In this document: positions 48,976 through 59,334 of the stretch, in pieces
Layout: every line of letters starts with the position of its first letter
Numbering within the stretch: the first letter of the stretch is position 1
The notes under the pieces: generated by a model
Told to the model about the DNA's origin: nothing
Database searches by the model: none
What the model saw: the letters and a program-made list of their open reading frames with translations, nothing else
From: Mycobacteriales bacterium
GTDB lineage: Bacteria > Actinomycetota > Actinomycetes > Mycobacteriales > SCTD01
Direction: 5' to 3'
Length of the DNA: 64,000 nt
Assembly: GCA_038235705.1 (NCBI GenBank)
Contig: JBBSTR010000005.1
Coordinates: 5,294 to 69,293, forward strand
Made by a program: the position numbers and the translations under genes

Positions 48976-51900
48976 TTAGGCCCGCAGGCGCAGCCCACGT
49001 GGGGTCGGGGAGAAGCCCGCGTGCTCGAGCGCCAGGCCCAGCGGCGAGGTCAGGGCGGGCTCGCCGTCGGCCTTCTCCACGGTGAGCTTTCCGAGTGCGC
49101 CGTCGCGGACGGCGAGGGCGAGCGCATCGGCAGCCGGGGCCACGCACGTCTCGTCGTCGGTGAACGACAGCAGCGTCTTGCCGCCCCGCTCGACGTAGAG
49201 CACGACCCTGCCGTCGACGAGCACGACGAGCGCCCCGGCCTTACGACCGGGCCGGTGCCCCGACTCCTGCGCCGGCCAGGCGAGCGCCGCCCCGAACGGG
49301 TTCGCCGGGTCGGTCGCGGCGAGCACGACGGCGCGGGCCTCGTCTCGTCGCTTGCGCTGCGCCTGCCAGCCGCCCGGAACCGGGCTCTGCCACGCGTCGT
49401 CGTCGGACGGGGTGCGCACGGTGGCGAGCGCGCGCATCCGGTCGACCGCCCCCGGTGCCGCGAACTGCGCTGCCCCGAGGCCTTCGACGAAGTAGCCGCG
49501 TCGCACGCGCCCGGCCTCCTCGAACGCCTTGAGGACCCGGTAGACCGCAGCGAAACCTCCGGGGGTGCCTTCGGCCTGGACGGCGCCGCGGGTGACGACG
49601 CCGTGGCGATCCAGCAAGGCCTCGGCGAGGGCGTGCGTGCGGCGGGTCGGGTCCGGGTCGCGGTCCGGGAGCAACGACCAGCGACCGGCCACGGTCGGTG
49701 GGCCGGTCCGGGTCGGCATGACCGGCCGGCCGTACCGGCTGCGCTGGCGGACTGGCTGACGGGGCGAGCGGTGCGAGGTGCGGCCGGCCGCGAGCAGGGT
49801 CCGCAGCGGTCCCAAGGTGTCGTTGGTGAGGTGCCCGGACCACACCAGGTCCCAGAGCACCGCGACGAGACCGGCGTCGTCGGTGGCGCCGACCCGGTCG
49901 GACAGCTGACGGAAGAACAGTGCCTGCCCGCCGTCCAGCGCCGTCAGCACGGCCCGGTGCAGCGGGGTGTCGGACAGCTCGCCGAGCGGGGGCAGCAGCA
50001 GGTCGGCGGCGTCCGCGGTCTGCAGCGTGACCCAGCCGTCGTTGCCGGGCAGTGAGCCGCGGCCGGACCAGAGCACCTCGCCGGAGGCGGTCAGCTCGTC
50101 GAGCAGCGCGGGGGTGTAACCCAGCACGCGCTGAGGCAGCACGAGCGTCTCGAGCGCGGACGCCGGGACGGCGCATCCGGCCAGCTGTTCGACGGCGCGC
50201 AGCAACCCGTCGCTCCCACGGCCGGAGGAGCCTGCCCCGATGCCTTGCCAGGCAGGCAGGAACCGGGCGAGCGCCTCCGGCGGGACCGGCTCCACCTCTT
50301 TGCGCAGCTTCGCGAGGGATCGACGTCGCAGCATCCGGAGCACCTCGGCGTCGCACCACTCCAGGCCGCTACCGCCAGGGCGGAACTCCCCGTGCACCAC
50401 GCGACCGCTCGCGGACAGCCGGGCCAGGGCGCTGTCGACGACGGCGACGCCGAGCCCGAACCGTCGGGCGACGTCGGCCGGCTGGAACGGTCCGTGGGTG
50501 CGGGCGAACCGGCTGACCAGGTCTCCGAGCGGGTCCTTCACCGGCTCGGTGAACGCCTCGGCCACACCGACCGGCAGCGCGGTCCCGAGCGCGTCCTGCA
50601 ACCGTCCCGCGTCCTCCACCGCAGCCCACCGCTGCTCCCCGGCGACCCGCACCTTTATCAGGCGTCGGGCCGCTTCGAGCTCCTCCAGCCACGTCAAGGT
50701 CCCGCCGCGTTCCACGACCTCGACAGTGGTGAGGTCCCCGAGCCGACGCAGCAGGTCAGCGGTGGTCTCGAGGTCCTTGGCACGGCGTGACTCCGCCAGC
50801 AGCTGGACCTCGGACTCGATCTCGGCGAGCGCGTCGCCGTCGATCAGCTCGCGCAGCTCGGCCTGGCCGAGCAGCTCGGCGAGCAGTGCGCTGTCCAGCG
50901 ACAGCGCCTGCGCCCGGCGCTCGGCGAGCGGCGCGTCGCCCTCGTACATGAAGGCGCCGATGTAGCCGAACAGCAACGACCGGGCGAACGGTGACGGCTG
51001 TTGCGTCTCGACCTCGACCAGCCGCACCCGGCGCGCCTGCACGTCTTCCATCAGCGACACCAGCCCCGGCACGTCGAAGACGTCCTGCAGCACCTCGCGC
51101 ATCGTCTCGAGCACCACCGGAAAGCTGCCGTACTGCGCGGCGACGCTCAGCAGCTGGGCGGAACGCTGGCGCTGCTGCCACAGGGGCGTACGACGGGTCG
51201 GGTTGCGGCGGGGCAACAGCAACGCCCGTGCCGCGCACTCGCGGAACCGGGAGGCGAACAGCGCGGACCCGCCGACCTCAGCCTGCACGGCCGGTTCCAC
51301 CTCGGCGGGGTCGAACAGCGCCATCGACCCGTCCGGCGCTGACTCCGTCTCGGGCAGCCGGAGCACGATGCCGTCGTCGGCGTGCATCGACTGCACGTCC
51401 ACGCCGTACGTCTCGCGCAGGCGGGCCGTCAGCGCCAGCGCCCACGGCTGGTTCACCTGCGCGCCGAACGGCGAGTGGATGCACAGCCGCCAGTCGCCCA
51501 GCTCGTCGCGGAACCGTTCGACCAGGAGGGTCCGGTCGTCCGGGAGCGACCCGGTGGCTTCGCGCTGCTCGGCGAGGTAGGCGAGCAAGTTGTCGGCGGC
51601 TCGCGCGTCCAAGCCACCTTTTCGCAGCCGTGCGGTGGCGTCCTCGGGGGACAGCGCGGCGACTTCCCGCAGGAACGCGCCAAGGGCGCGACCGAGCTCC
51701 AGCGGTCGTCCGGGCGCGTCGCCGTGCCAGTACGGCATCCGCCCTGGCTGACCCGGCGCAGGGGTGACGAGAACCTGGTCGTGGCTGATGTCCTCGATCC
51801 GCCAGGCCGAGCTGCCGAGCAGGAAGACGTCACCCACCCGGGACTCGTAGACCATCTCCTCGTCGAGCTCACCGACCCGGCTCTTCTTCTCTCCGACCAG

Positions 51901-53604
51901 GAAGACGCCGAACATGCCGCGGTCGGGGATGGTGCCGCCGCTGGTCACGGCGAGCCGCTGGGCGCCGGGCCGGCCGGACAGCACCCCTGTCACGCGGTCC
52001 CAGGTGATGCGCGGCCGCAGCTCGGCGAAGTCGTCGCTCGGGTAGCGGCCGGAGAGCATGTCCAGGGTGGCTTCCAGGGCTGAGGTCGGAAGGCCCGCGA
52101 ACGGCGCGCTGCGCCGGACCAGCGCGGTGAGGTCCTCGACCGTCCAGTCCTCCAGCGCGACCATCGCGACGATCTGCTGGGCGAGGACGTCCAGCGGGTT
52201 GCGCGGGTATCCGGTCGACTCGATCCCGCCGGCCACCATGCGCTCGGCGACCACCGCGCACTGCACCAGGTCTCCACGATATTTCGGAAGGATCACCCCC
52301 CGACTGACCGCACCCACCTGGTGGCCGGACCGCCCGATCCTCTGCAGCCCGCTCGCGACCGACGGTGGTGACTCGACCTGGATCACGAGGTCGACGGCGC
52401 CCATGTCGATGCCCAGCTCGAGGGAGGAGGTGGCGACGACGGCAGGCAACCGGCCCGCCTTGAGCGCCTCCTCGATCTCGGACCTGACCTCGCGGCTGAC
52501 CGAGCCGTGATGTGCCCGCGCGATCTCGACCGCGCCGGTCGGCATCCCGGTGCCGCTCTGTGCCGGTTTCTCGGCCGGGCCGCGCAGGCCGCCGGGCTTG
52601 ACGCCGCTGGAGCCTTCAGGGCGGGACAGGTCCTGGACCAGGGGTTCGGGAACACCGTGGAGCCGCTCCGTGGCGATCTCGTTGAGCCGGGACGTCAGGC
52701 GCTCGGACAACCGCCGAGAGTTGGTGAAGACGATCGTCGAGCGGTGGGCCTCGATGAGGTCCACGATCCGCTCCTCGACGGCGGGCCAGATGCTCGCGGT
52801 CGGCGCTGCGCCGGCCGCCGACCCGCCCGTCCCTGAGCCGCCACCCACCGGCCCGGCGTCCTGGCCGAGCGAGGCCATGTCCTCGACCGGGACGACCACC
52901 TCGACCTCGATGGTCTTGGTCGACGGCGGCTGGACGACCACCACCTCGCGGCTGCCGCCGAGGAAGCGGGCGACCTCGTCCAGCGGTCGCACCGTGGCGG
53001 ACAGCCCGATGCGCTGCGCGGGTCGCTCGAGCAGCTCGTCGAGACGTTCCAGCGAGACGGCGAGATGGGCGCCACGCTTGGTACCGGACACCGCGTGCAC
53101 CTCGTCGAGGATGACGGTCTGCACCCCCCGCAGGGAGTCTCGCGCGGCACTGGTGAGGACGAGGAAGAGCGACTCCGGCGTCGTGATGAACACGTCCGGC
53201 GGGACCTTGTTGAACGCCCGACGCTCGCTCGCGGGGGTGTCGCCGGAGCGGATGCCGACCGTGATCTCCGGCACCGGCAGGCCGAGGCGCTGGGCGGCCT
53301 GCCGGATCCCGGTCAACGGGCTGCGCAGGTTGCGCTCGACGTCGACCGCGAGAGCTTTGAGCGGGCTGATGTAGAGCACCCGGCACCGATGACGCGGCTC
53401 CTCAGGCGGGGCCTCGGCGGCGAGCCGGTCCAGCGACCACAGGAAGGCGGACAGCGTCTTGCCCGAGCCGGTCGGTGCGACGACCAGGGTGTCCTTGCCG
53501 CTGGAGATCGCGTCCCAGGCGCCTTCCTGAGCAGGCGTGGGTGCCTCGAAGGCGCCGGTGAACCAGGCCCGGGTCGCGGGGGAGAAGCGGTCGAGCGCTG
53601 TCAT
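48976..53604 (-). CDS. lhr: Lhr family large ATP-dependent helicase
   Basis: APTGSGKT, DEVH, SAT, QRIGRSGH; long C-terminal domain with RGYFVEGLGAAQF. Confidence 0.96.
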   Translation of the reverse strand: MTALDRFSPATRAWFTGAFEAPTPAQEGAWDAISSGKDTLVVAPTGSGKTLSAFLWSLDRLAAEAPPEEPRHRCRVLYISPLKALAVDVERNLRSPLTGIRQAAQRLGLPVPEITVGIRSGDTPASERRAFNKVPPDVFITTPESLFLVLTSAARDSLRGVQTVILDEVHAVSGTKRGAHLAVSLERLDELLERPAQRIGLSATVRPLDEVARFLGGSREVVVVQPPSTKTIEVEVVVPVEDMASLGQDAGPVGGGSGTGGSAAGAAPTASIWPAVEERIVDLIEAHRSTIVFTNSRRLSERLTSRLNEIATERLHGVPEPLVQDLSRPEGSSGVKPGGLRGPAEKPAQSGTGMPTGAVEIARAHHGSVSREVRSEIEEALKAGRLPAVVATSSLELGIDMGAVDLVIQVESPPSVASGLQRIGRSGHQVGAVSRGVILPKYRGDLVQCAVVAERMVAGGIESTGYPRNPLDVLAQQIVAMVALEDWTVEDLTALVRRSAPFAGLPTSALEATLDMLSGRYPSDDFAELRPRITWDRVTGVLSGRPGAQRLAVTSGGTIPDRGMFGVFLVGEKKSRVGELDEEMVYESRVGDVFLLGSSAWRIEDISHDQVLVTPAPGQPGRMPYWHGDAPGRPLELGRALGAFLREVAALSPEDATARLRKGGLDARAADNLLAYLAEQREATGSLPDDRTLLVERFRDELGDWRLCIHSPFGAQVNQPWALALTARLRETYGVDVQSMHADDGIVLRLPETESAPDGSMALFDPAEVEPAVQAEVGGSALFASRFRECAARALLLPRRNPTRRTPLWQQRQRSAQLLSVAAQYGSFPVVLETMREVLQDVFDVPGLVSLMEDVQARRVRLVEVETQQPSPFARSLLFGYIGAFMYEGDAPLAERRAQALSLDSALLAELLGQAELRELIDGDALAEIESEVQLLAESRRAKDLETTADLLRRLGDLTTVEVVERGGTLTWLEELEAARRLIKVRVAGEQRWAAVEDAGRLQDALGTALPVGVAEAFTEPVKDPLGDLVSRFARTHGPFQPADVARRFGLGVAVVDSALARLSASGRVVHGEFRPGGSGLEWCDAEVLRMLRRRSLAKLRKEVEPVPPEALARFLPAWQGIGAGSSGRGSDGLLRAVEQLAGCAVPASALETLVLPQRVLGYTPALLDELTASGEVLWSGRGSLPGNDGWVTLQTADAADLLLPPLGELSDTPLHRAVLTALDGGQALFFRQLSDRVGATDDAGLVAVLWDLVWSGHLTNDTLGPLRTLLAAGRTSHRSPRQPVRQRSRYGRPVMPTRTGPPTVAGRWSLLPDRDPDPTRRTHALAEALLDRHGVVTRGAVQAEGTPGGFAAVYRVLKAFEEAGRVRRGYFVEGLGAAQFAAPGAVDRMRALATVRTPSDDDAWQSPVPGGWQAQRKRRDEARAVVLAATDPANPFGAALAWPAQESGHRPGRKAGALVVLVDGRVVLYVERGGKTLLSFTDDETCVAPAADALALAVRDGALGKLTVEKADGEPALTSPLGLALEHAGFSPTPRGLRLRA

Positions 53605-53710
53605 CGCACCATCTTCACCCCTGGGAGGAGCCGACACCCGGCGAGCGGGCCCATCCGACCAGGGCGGGGTGGACAGGTGTCGGTGTCGTCGATGGACGAG
53701 ACTGGACGCT

Positions 53711-56530
53711 GTGAGCGGCGACGTGGTGAGTGCTGACGTGACGGGCGGTCCGGGATATCCGGCCGGCTGGGAGGCGGACGCAGTCCTGTCCGACGGCGGC
53801 ACGGTGCACCTGCGGCCCATCACGCCCGGCGACGCCGACCGGCTTCGGCAGTTCCACGAGCGGCTGTCGCCGGAAACCGTCTACAACCGCTTCTTCACCC
53901 CGGTCCGTTCGCTGTCCGCCCGCGACGTCGAGCGCTTCACGACGGTGGACCACGACGAGCGAGCAGCGGTCGTCGCCATCCTGCGGGACCAGATCGTGGG
54001 CGTCGTTCGCTACGCCCGCCTCCCGGACCCGGACGACGCCGAGGTGGCGGTCGTCGTCGAGGACGCGCACCAGGGACGTGGTCTCGGCGGGATGCTGCTC
54101 GAGCACCTCGAGTCGGCGGCGCGTGAGCGCGGGGTCCTGCGGTTCGTCGCGGACGTGCTCCCCGGCAACCGGCGGATGCTGGCGGTGTTCCGCGCGGCCG
54201 GGTTCGAGATCACCCGCGAGCTTGCCGATGGCTACGTCGAGCTGAGCTTCCCGATCCAGGAAACCGAGGCCTCGATCGAGGTCGTCCGCGGTCGCGAGCA
54301 CCGGGCCGAGGCACGCAGCGTCGCCCGGTTGCTGGCTCCGCAGGCGGTGGCAGTCGTCGGCGCGAGCCGGGAGCCTGGGACGGCAGGGCACGAGGTGTTC
54401 CGGTCGCTGCTGCACCACGGTTTTGACGGACCGGTCTACCCGATCAACCCGTTGGCGCCGCACGTGCTGAGCGTCCGCGCGTACGCCGACGTACGGGACG
54501 TGCCGGACGAGATCGACCTCGCCGTGATCGCGGTGCCGGCCGGGCAGGTCGCCGACGCCGTACGCGCCTGCTCCGAGCAGCGCGTACGCGGGCTGGTCAT
54601 CGTCTCCGGCGGGTTCCTGGACGCCGGGGAGCAGGGGCGCGAACGGCTGGACGAGGTGGTCCGGCTCGCCCGTGACGGCGGGATGCGGCTGATCGGCCCG
54701 AACGCCATGGGCATCGTCAACACCGATCCCTCGGTGTCGCTGCACGCCACGTTCGCGCCCGGCTCCCCGCCGCACGGACGGGTCGGAGTGTTCACCCAGT
54801 CCGGTGCGCTCGCCTCGACCTTCCTCGCCCTCGCCGAGCAACGGCGCCTGGGCCTGTCGACGTTCGTGTCGATCGGGGACCGGGCGGACGTCTCCGGCAA
54901 CGACCTGCTGCAGTACTGGCAGGACGACCCCGGGACCGACGTCGTCATGCTTCACCTGCAGGGCTTCGGCAACCCGCGCAAGTTCGCGCGGGTCAGCCGG
55001 CTTTTCAGCCGCACCAAGCCGGTGGTGTGCCTCAAGAGCGGGCGAGCACACGGTGACGACGCGGTCGATGCGCTGTTCGCCTCGGCCGGCGTCATCCGGG
55101 CCGACACGCTGGCGCAGATGTTCGAGGCGGCTCAGCTGCTCACGCTGCAGCCGCTGCCGGCCGGGCCCAGGGTCGGCGTCGTCGGCACCTCGACCGCCCT
55201 GGCTGCGCTCGCCGCCGACGCGTGCCGGGCCGGAGGGCTCACGGTGCCGGAGCTGCCGGGCGGCGTGCAGCGCGCGCTGCTGCAGCTGGTCGGCACCACC
55301 GAGACGGCCAACCCGGTCGACCTCGGGCCGCTCGCCTCCGCCGCCCAGCTGCGGACCGCGCTCACCCTGGTCGCGGGCAGCGGCTGCGTGGACGCCCTGC
55401 TCGTGCTCGTGACCGCCTCCGCCGAGCACGACGCGCTCGGTGCCGCGGTCCTCGACGTGGCCCGTGAACAGGGCATCACCGTGCTCTCCAGCTTCCTCGG
55501 CGTCGACGGGGTCCCCCCTGCGCTGGAGGTCGCTGGTGGTGGGCCGACGCCGGCCGTCGACCCGGTCGATCCGGGCGATCGGGTCGACCCGCAGAGCACC
55601 GCACCGTTGCGCCTGCGCGTCCCCACACCTGCGGTGCGGTCGGGCGCGCCGACGGGGCCGGCTCGTGGTTCCGTCCCCTCTTACGCCTCGCCGGAGTCGG
55701 CGGCGCTCGCGCTCTCGCGCGCGGTGGCCTACGCGGCCTGGCGTTCCCGACCCCTGGGGGAACAGCCGGACCTGCCCGGGTTCGAGCTGGCAGCCGTGCG
55801 CCGGGTGGTCAGCGAGCTCGACCACGACGGAGCCTGGCTGCCTGCCGACAGCGCGTCCGCGGTGCTCGCCGCCGCCGGGGTACGCGTCTGGCCGACGGAG
55901 CCGGTACGGAGCCCCCACCAGGCCGTCAGCGCAGCCGGCCGGCTGGGCTGGCCGGTGGTGCTGAAGAGCCCCGACCCGCGTTGGCGCAACCGGACCGACG
56001 TCGGGGCCGTGCAGCTGGGGCTCGCGGACGAGGTCGAGCTGCGTTCGGCGTACGCCCGACTGTCGAACCTCACGGGGAGCCCCGAGGCGCTGCTGCAACC
56101 GACCGCCCCGCCTGGCGTGTCGACCGTGATCTCACTGGTGTCCGACCCGGCTGTCGGGCCGCTGCTGTCGCTGCGGCTCGGTGGCGTCGCGGCCGACCTG
56201 CTCGCGGACCCGCTGACCACCACGCTCCCGCTCACCGACACCGCGGCGCTCGACCTGGTCCGCGGGATCCGCGGCGCGTCGTTGCTGGACGGTACGGACA
56301 CGGCCGCGCTGGTCGACGTGCTGCTGCGCGTCGGTCGCCTGGCCGAGCAGGTGCCCGCGGTCGCCGCGCTGGTGCTGGACCCGGTGCTCGTCGGTGACCA
56401 GGGCGTGACGGTGCTGCACGCAGGCATCCGGCTCGCGCCTCCGGCCGACGATCCCGAGCGCGGACCGAGACGGCTCGGGGGCAGCGGGCCCGCGCACCTG
56501 CGGGGTACCGGGCCGCTGCACGTGCGATGA
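53711..56530 (+). CDS. GNAT + NDP-forming acyl-CoA synthetase-like fusion (Pat-type protein lysine acetyltransferase)
   Basis: N-terminal GNAT (HQGRGLG), CoA-binding VAVVGASR, RLIGPNAMG, QSGAL, NPVDL, ATP-grasp-like tail. Start approximate. Confidence 0.9.
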   Translation: MSGDVVSADVTGGPGYPAGWEADAVLSDGGTVHLRPITPGDADRLRQFHERLSPETVYNRFFTPVRSLSARDVERFTTVDHDERAAVVAILRDQIVGVVRYARLPDPDDAEVAVVVEDAHQGRGLGGMLLEHLESAARERGVLRFVADVLPGNRRMLAVFRAAGFEITRELADGYVELSFPIQETEASIEVVRGREHRAEARSVARLLAPQAVAVVGASREPGTAGHEVFRSLLHHGFDGPVYPINPLAPHVLSVRAYADVRDVPDEIDLAVIAVPAGQVADAVRACSEQRVRGLVIVSGGFLDAGEQGRERLDEVVRLARDGGMRLIGPNAMGIVNTDPSVSLHATFAPGSPPHGRVGVFTQSGALASTFLALAEQRRLGLSTFVSIGDRADVSGNDLLQYWQDDPGTDVVMLHLQGFGNPRKFARVSRLFSRTKPVVCLKSGRAHGDDAVDALFASAGVIRADTLAQMFEAAQLLTLQPLPAGPRVGVVGTSTALAALAADACRAGGLTVPELPGGVQRALLQLVGTTETANPVDLGPLASAAQLRTALTLVAGSGCVDALLVLVTASAEHDALGAAVLDVAREQGITVLSSFLGVDGVPPALEVAGGGPTPAVDPVDPGDRVDPQSTAPLRLRVPTPAVRSGAPTGPARGSVPSYASPESAALALSRAVAYAAWRSRPLGEQPDLPGFELAAVRRVVSELDHDGAWLPADSASAVLAAAGVRVWPTEPVRSPHQAVSAAGRLGWPVVLKSPDPRWRNRTDVGAVQLGLADEVELRSAYARLSNLTGSPEALLQPTAPPGVSTVISLVSDPAVGPLLSLRLGGVAADLLADPLTTTLPLTDTAALDLVRGIRGASLLDGTDTAALVDVLLRVGRLAEQVPAVAALVLDPVLVGDQGVTVLHAGIRLAPPADDPERGPRRLGGSGPAHLRGTGPLHVR

Positions 56531-56556
56531 AGGCTGGTCTTCACTAACGTGACGGG

Positions 56557-56751
56557 ATGCGGCTGACCGAGTTCTGGCGTCGGATGGACGTCACCTTCGG
56601 ACCGTCGTACTCCCGTTCGTACGCAAGGGACCAGAGCCTCGCCGCGCTCGGCTCGCGGACGGTGGAGCAGGCGCTCGAGGACGGTGACGAGGCCAAGGCG
56701 GTCTGGCGGGCCGTGGTGGCGTCCACCACTGTGCCGCCGCACGAGCGTTAG
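56557..56751 (+). CDS. DUF3046 family protein
   Basis: MRLTEFW.RM...FG..Y...RTVEQAL..G...K.VWRAV; usually found near recA. Confidence 0.9.
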   Translation: MRLTEFWRRMDVTFGPSYSRSYARDQSLAALGSRTVEQALEDGDEAKAVWRAVVASTTVPPHER

Positions 56752-56800
56752 CCCTGCCTGACCGGGCAGGACCGCTGACACATCGATTCTGAGGAGACAC

Positions 56801-57682
56801 ATGGCAGGCGTGAAGCCGCTGGAAGCCGATCTGACCGGACAGACGATCGTGATCACCGGGGCCAGCTCGGGGATCGGAGCCGCCGCCGCCGCACGGCTGC
56901 AGCGGCTGGGCGCGACGGTCGTCCCGGTGGGGCGCTCGCCGGAGAAGACCGCCACGGTCGCCCGCGGCCTCGGGGTGGACCCAGAGGTCTGCGACTTCGC
57001 CGAGCTGGGGCAGGTCCGCGCACTGGCCGACCGGCTGCTCGAGCGCTGCCCACGCATCGACGTGCTCGCCAACAACGCAGGCGGGCTGCTGTCCCGACGT
57101 CGGCTCACCGGCGACGGCAACGAGGCGATGCTCCAGGCCAACCACCTCGGTGCGTTCCTGCTGACCTCGCTGCTCGCCGACCGGCTGATCGGTTCGGCGC
57201 CGTCCCGCGTCGTCACGACCTCGTCGGTCGGGCACTGGTTCGGCCGGGTCGACGTCGATCACCTCGACGCGCCCAAGCCAGGTCTGCTGCCGGAGAAGGT
57301 CTGGTCCTACCGGCAGTACGGCACGACCAAGCTCGAGAACGTGCTGTTCACCCGCGAGCTGCAGCACCGGCTCGGTGACCGCGGCGTCACCTCGGTGAGC
57401 TTTCACCCAGGCGCGGTCGCGACCGAGTTCGGGCGCGACGACGTCTTCGCCAAGCTGGTCTACAACACTCCGCTCAAGAAGCTCGCGACGATCACGGCGG
57501 AGGAGGGTGCGGACACGCTGGTGTGGCTCGCCTCCGCTCCGCTCGACGAGCTGACCCCTGGGGCGTACTACGTGAAGCGCAAGGTTGCCTCCACGGCTCC
57601 TTCCGCGAGCGACACCGGGCTGGCGCGCCGGCTCTGGGAGGAGTCCGTACGCCGGGTGGGGGCTGGCCTCCCGGTCGCCTGA
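56801..57682 (+). CDS. SDR family NAD(P)-dependent oxidoreductase
   Basis: TGASSGIG, NNAG, YGTTK (YxxxK), HPG; GAGGAG SD. Confidence 0.92.
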   Translation: MAGVKPLEADLTGQTIVITGASSGIGAAAAARLQRLGATVVPVGRSPEKTATVARGLGVDPEVCDFAELGQVRALADRLLERCPRIDVLANNAGGLLSRRRLTGDGNEAMLQANHLGAFLLTSLLADRLIGSAPSRVVTTSSVGHWFGRVDVDHLDAPKPGLLPEKVWSYRQYGTTKLENVLFTRELQHRLGDRGVTSVSFHPGAVATEFGRDDVFAKLVYNTPLKKLATITAEEGADTLVWLASAPLDELTPGAYYVKRKVASTAPSASDTGLARRLWEESVRRVGAGLPVA

Positions 57683-57755
57683 CCGTCCGGGGCCGCGGAC
57701 CCCGGGTGGCGACCAGCGCGATCGACGACGCCTCTGGTTGCCCGGAGACCGCGAC

Positions 57756-57834
57756 GCAAGATCATCGGAAGATCAGCCCGTCAAGACCCCGGAATTCCGA
57801 GGCGTCAGACGGTCAAAGCTTCCGCTGATCTTGT
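57756..57834. repeat. About 79-bp imperfect palindrome (REP-like), termini CAAGATCA / TGATCTTG
   Basis: Paired blocks CAAGATCA/TGATCTTG, CGGAAG/CTTCCG, CCGTC/GACGG around central CGGAATTCCG. Confidence 0.7.
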
Positions 57835-57896
57835 GCCGGTGCCGGTGCCGGTGCCGGTCCCGGTGCCGGTGCCGGTGCCCGTGCCCGTGCGTGCCA
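57833..57896. repeat. (GTGCCG)n hexanucleotide tandem repeat
   Basis: Nine units at 57833-57886 (variants GTCCCG, GTGCCC), then a degenerate tail. Confidence 0.9.
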
Positions 57897-57977
57897 GTGG
57901 GCCGAACCTCTGGACCGCGCGCCCGAGCAGGTTGTCCACCAGGTCGCGCCAGGTCCGTCCGTCCTCACGCAGCAGCA

Positions 57978-58031
57978 GGGCGCCGGGGTACGGACGGCCG
58001 TGCCGGGCGCCGGGGTGCGGACGGCCGTGCA
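57978..58031. repeat. 27-bp tandem duplication
   Basis: GGGCGCCGGGGTACGGACGGCCGTGCC followed by GGGCGCCGGGGTGCGGACGGCCGTGCA. Confidence 0.85.
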
Positions 58032-58123
58032 GGGGCCGACCGTGCACTCGGGCGACGACCACGGTTGCGGCGACCTGACACTCGGCCACCCTGATTCTGG
58101 AGGCCCGCGGCGTGTCGCGTGCA

Positions 58124-58139
58124 TCGAACGCCTGTTCGT
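58124..58139. promoter_or_regulatory. LexA (SOS) box upstream of recA
   Basis: TCGAACGCCTGTTCGT matches CGAAC-N4-GTTCG; adjacent TAGGGT -10 at 58142-58147. Confidence 0.88.
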
Positions 58140-58193
58140 CCTAGGGTCAGATCCTGTCCGGGTGTCCACAGGGCCCGCCGCGCCGACGCGTTC

Positions 58194-58215
58194 TGTCGGA
58201 GGGCGCTCCTAGCGT
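58194..58215 (+). promoter_or_regulatory. RecA-NDp (PafBC-dependent) promoter
   Basis: TGTCGG-N10-TAGCGT, matching TGTCGG-N10-TANNNT. Confidence 0.8.
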
Positions 58216-58256
58216 CACCGCCGATCGGACATCCACCGACGACCCCAGGAGACATC

Positions 58257-59303
<1,047 letters not shown>

Positions 59304-59334
59304 TCGGGGAGCGTCCGCAGGCGGTCTGCGGCTG

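Noticed and set aside
53605-53660. PafBC (RecA-NDp) promoter for lhr
   Set aside because: TGTCGG is present on the minus strand but is not followed by TANNNT at the 10-nt spacing.
57833-58078. MPVPVPVP... ORF, or a CRISPR-like array
   Set aside because: The peptide is a product of the hexamer repeat, with no SD or homology cue. The repeats are directly tandem with no unique spacers, and no cas genes are present.
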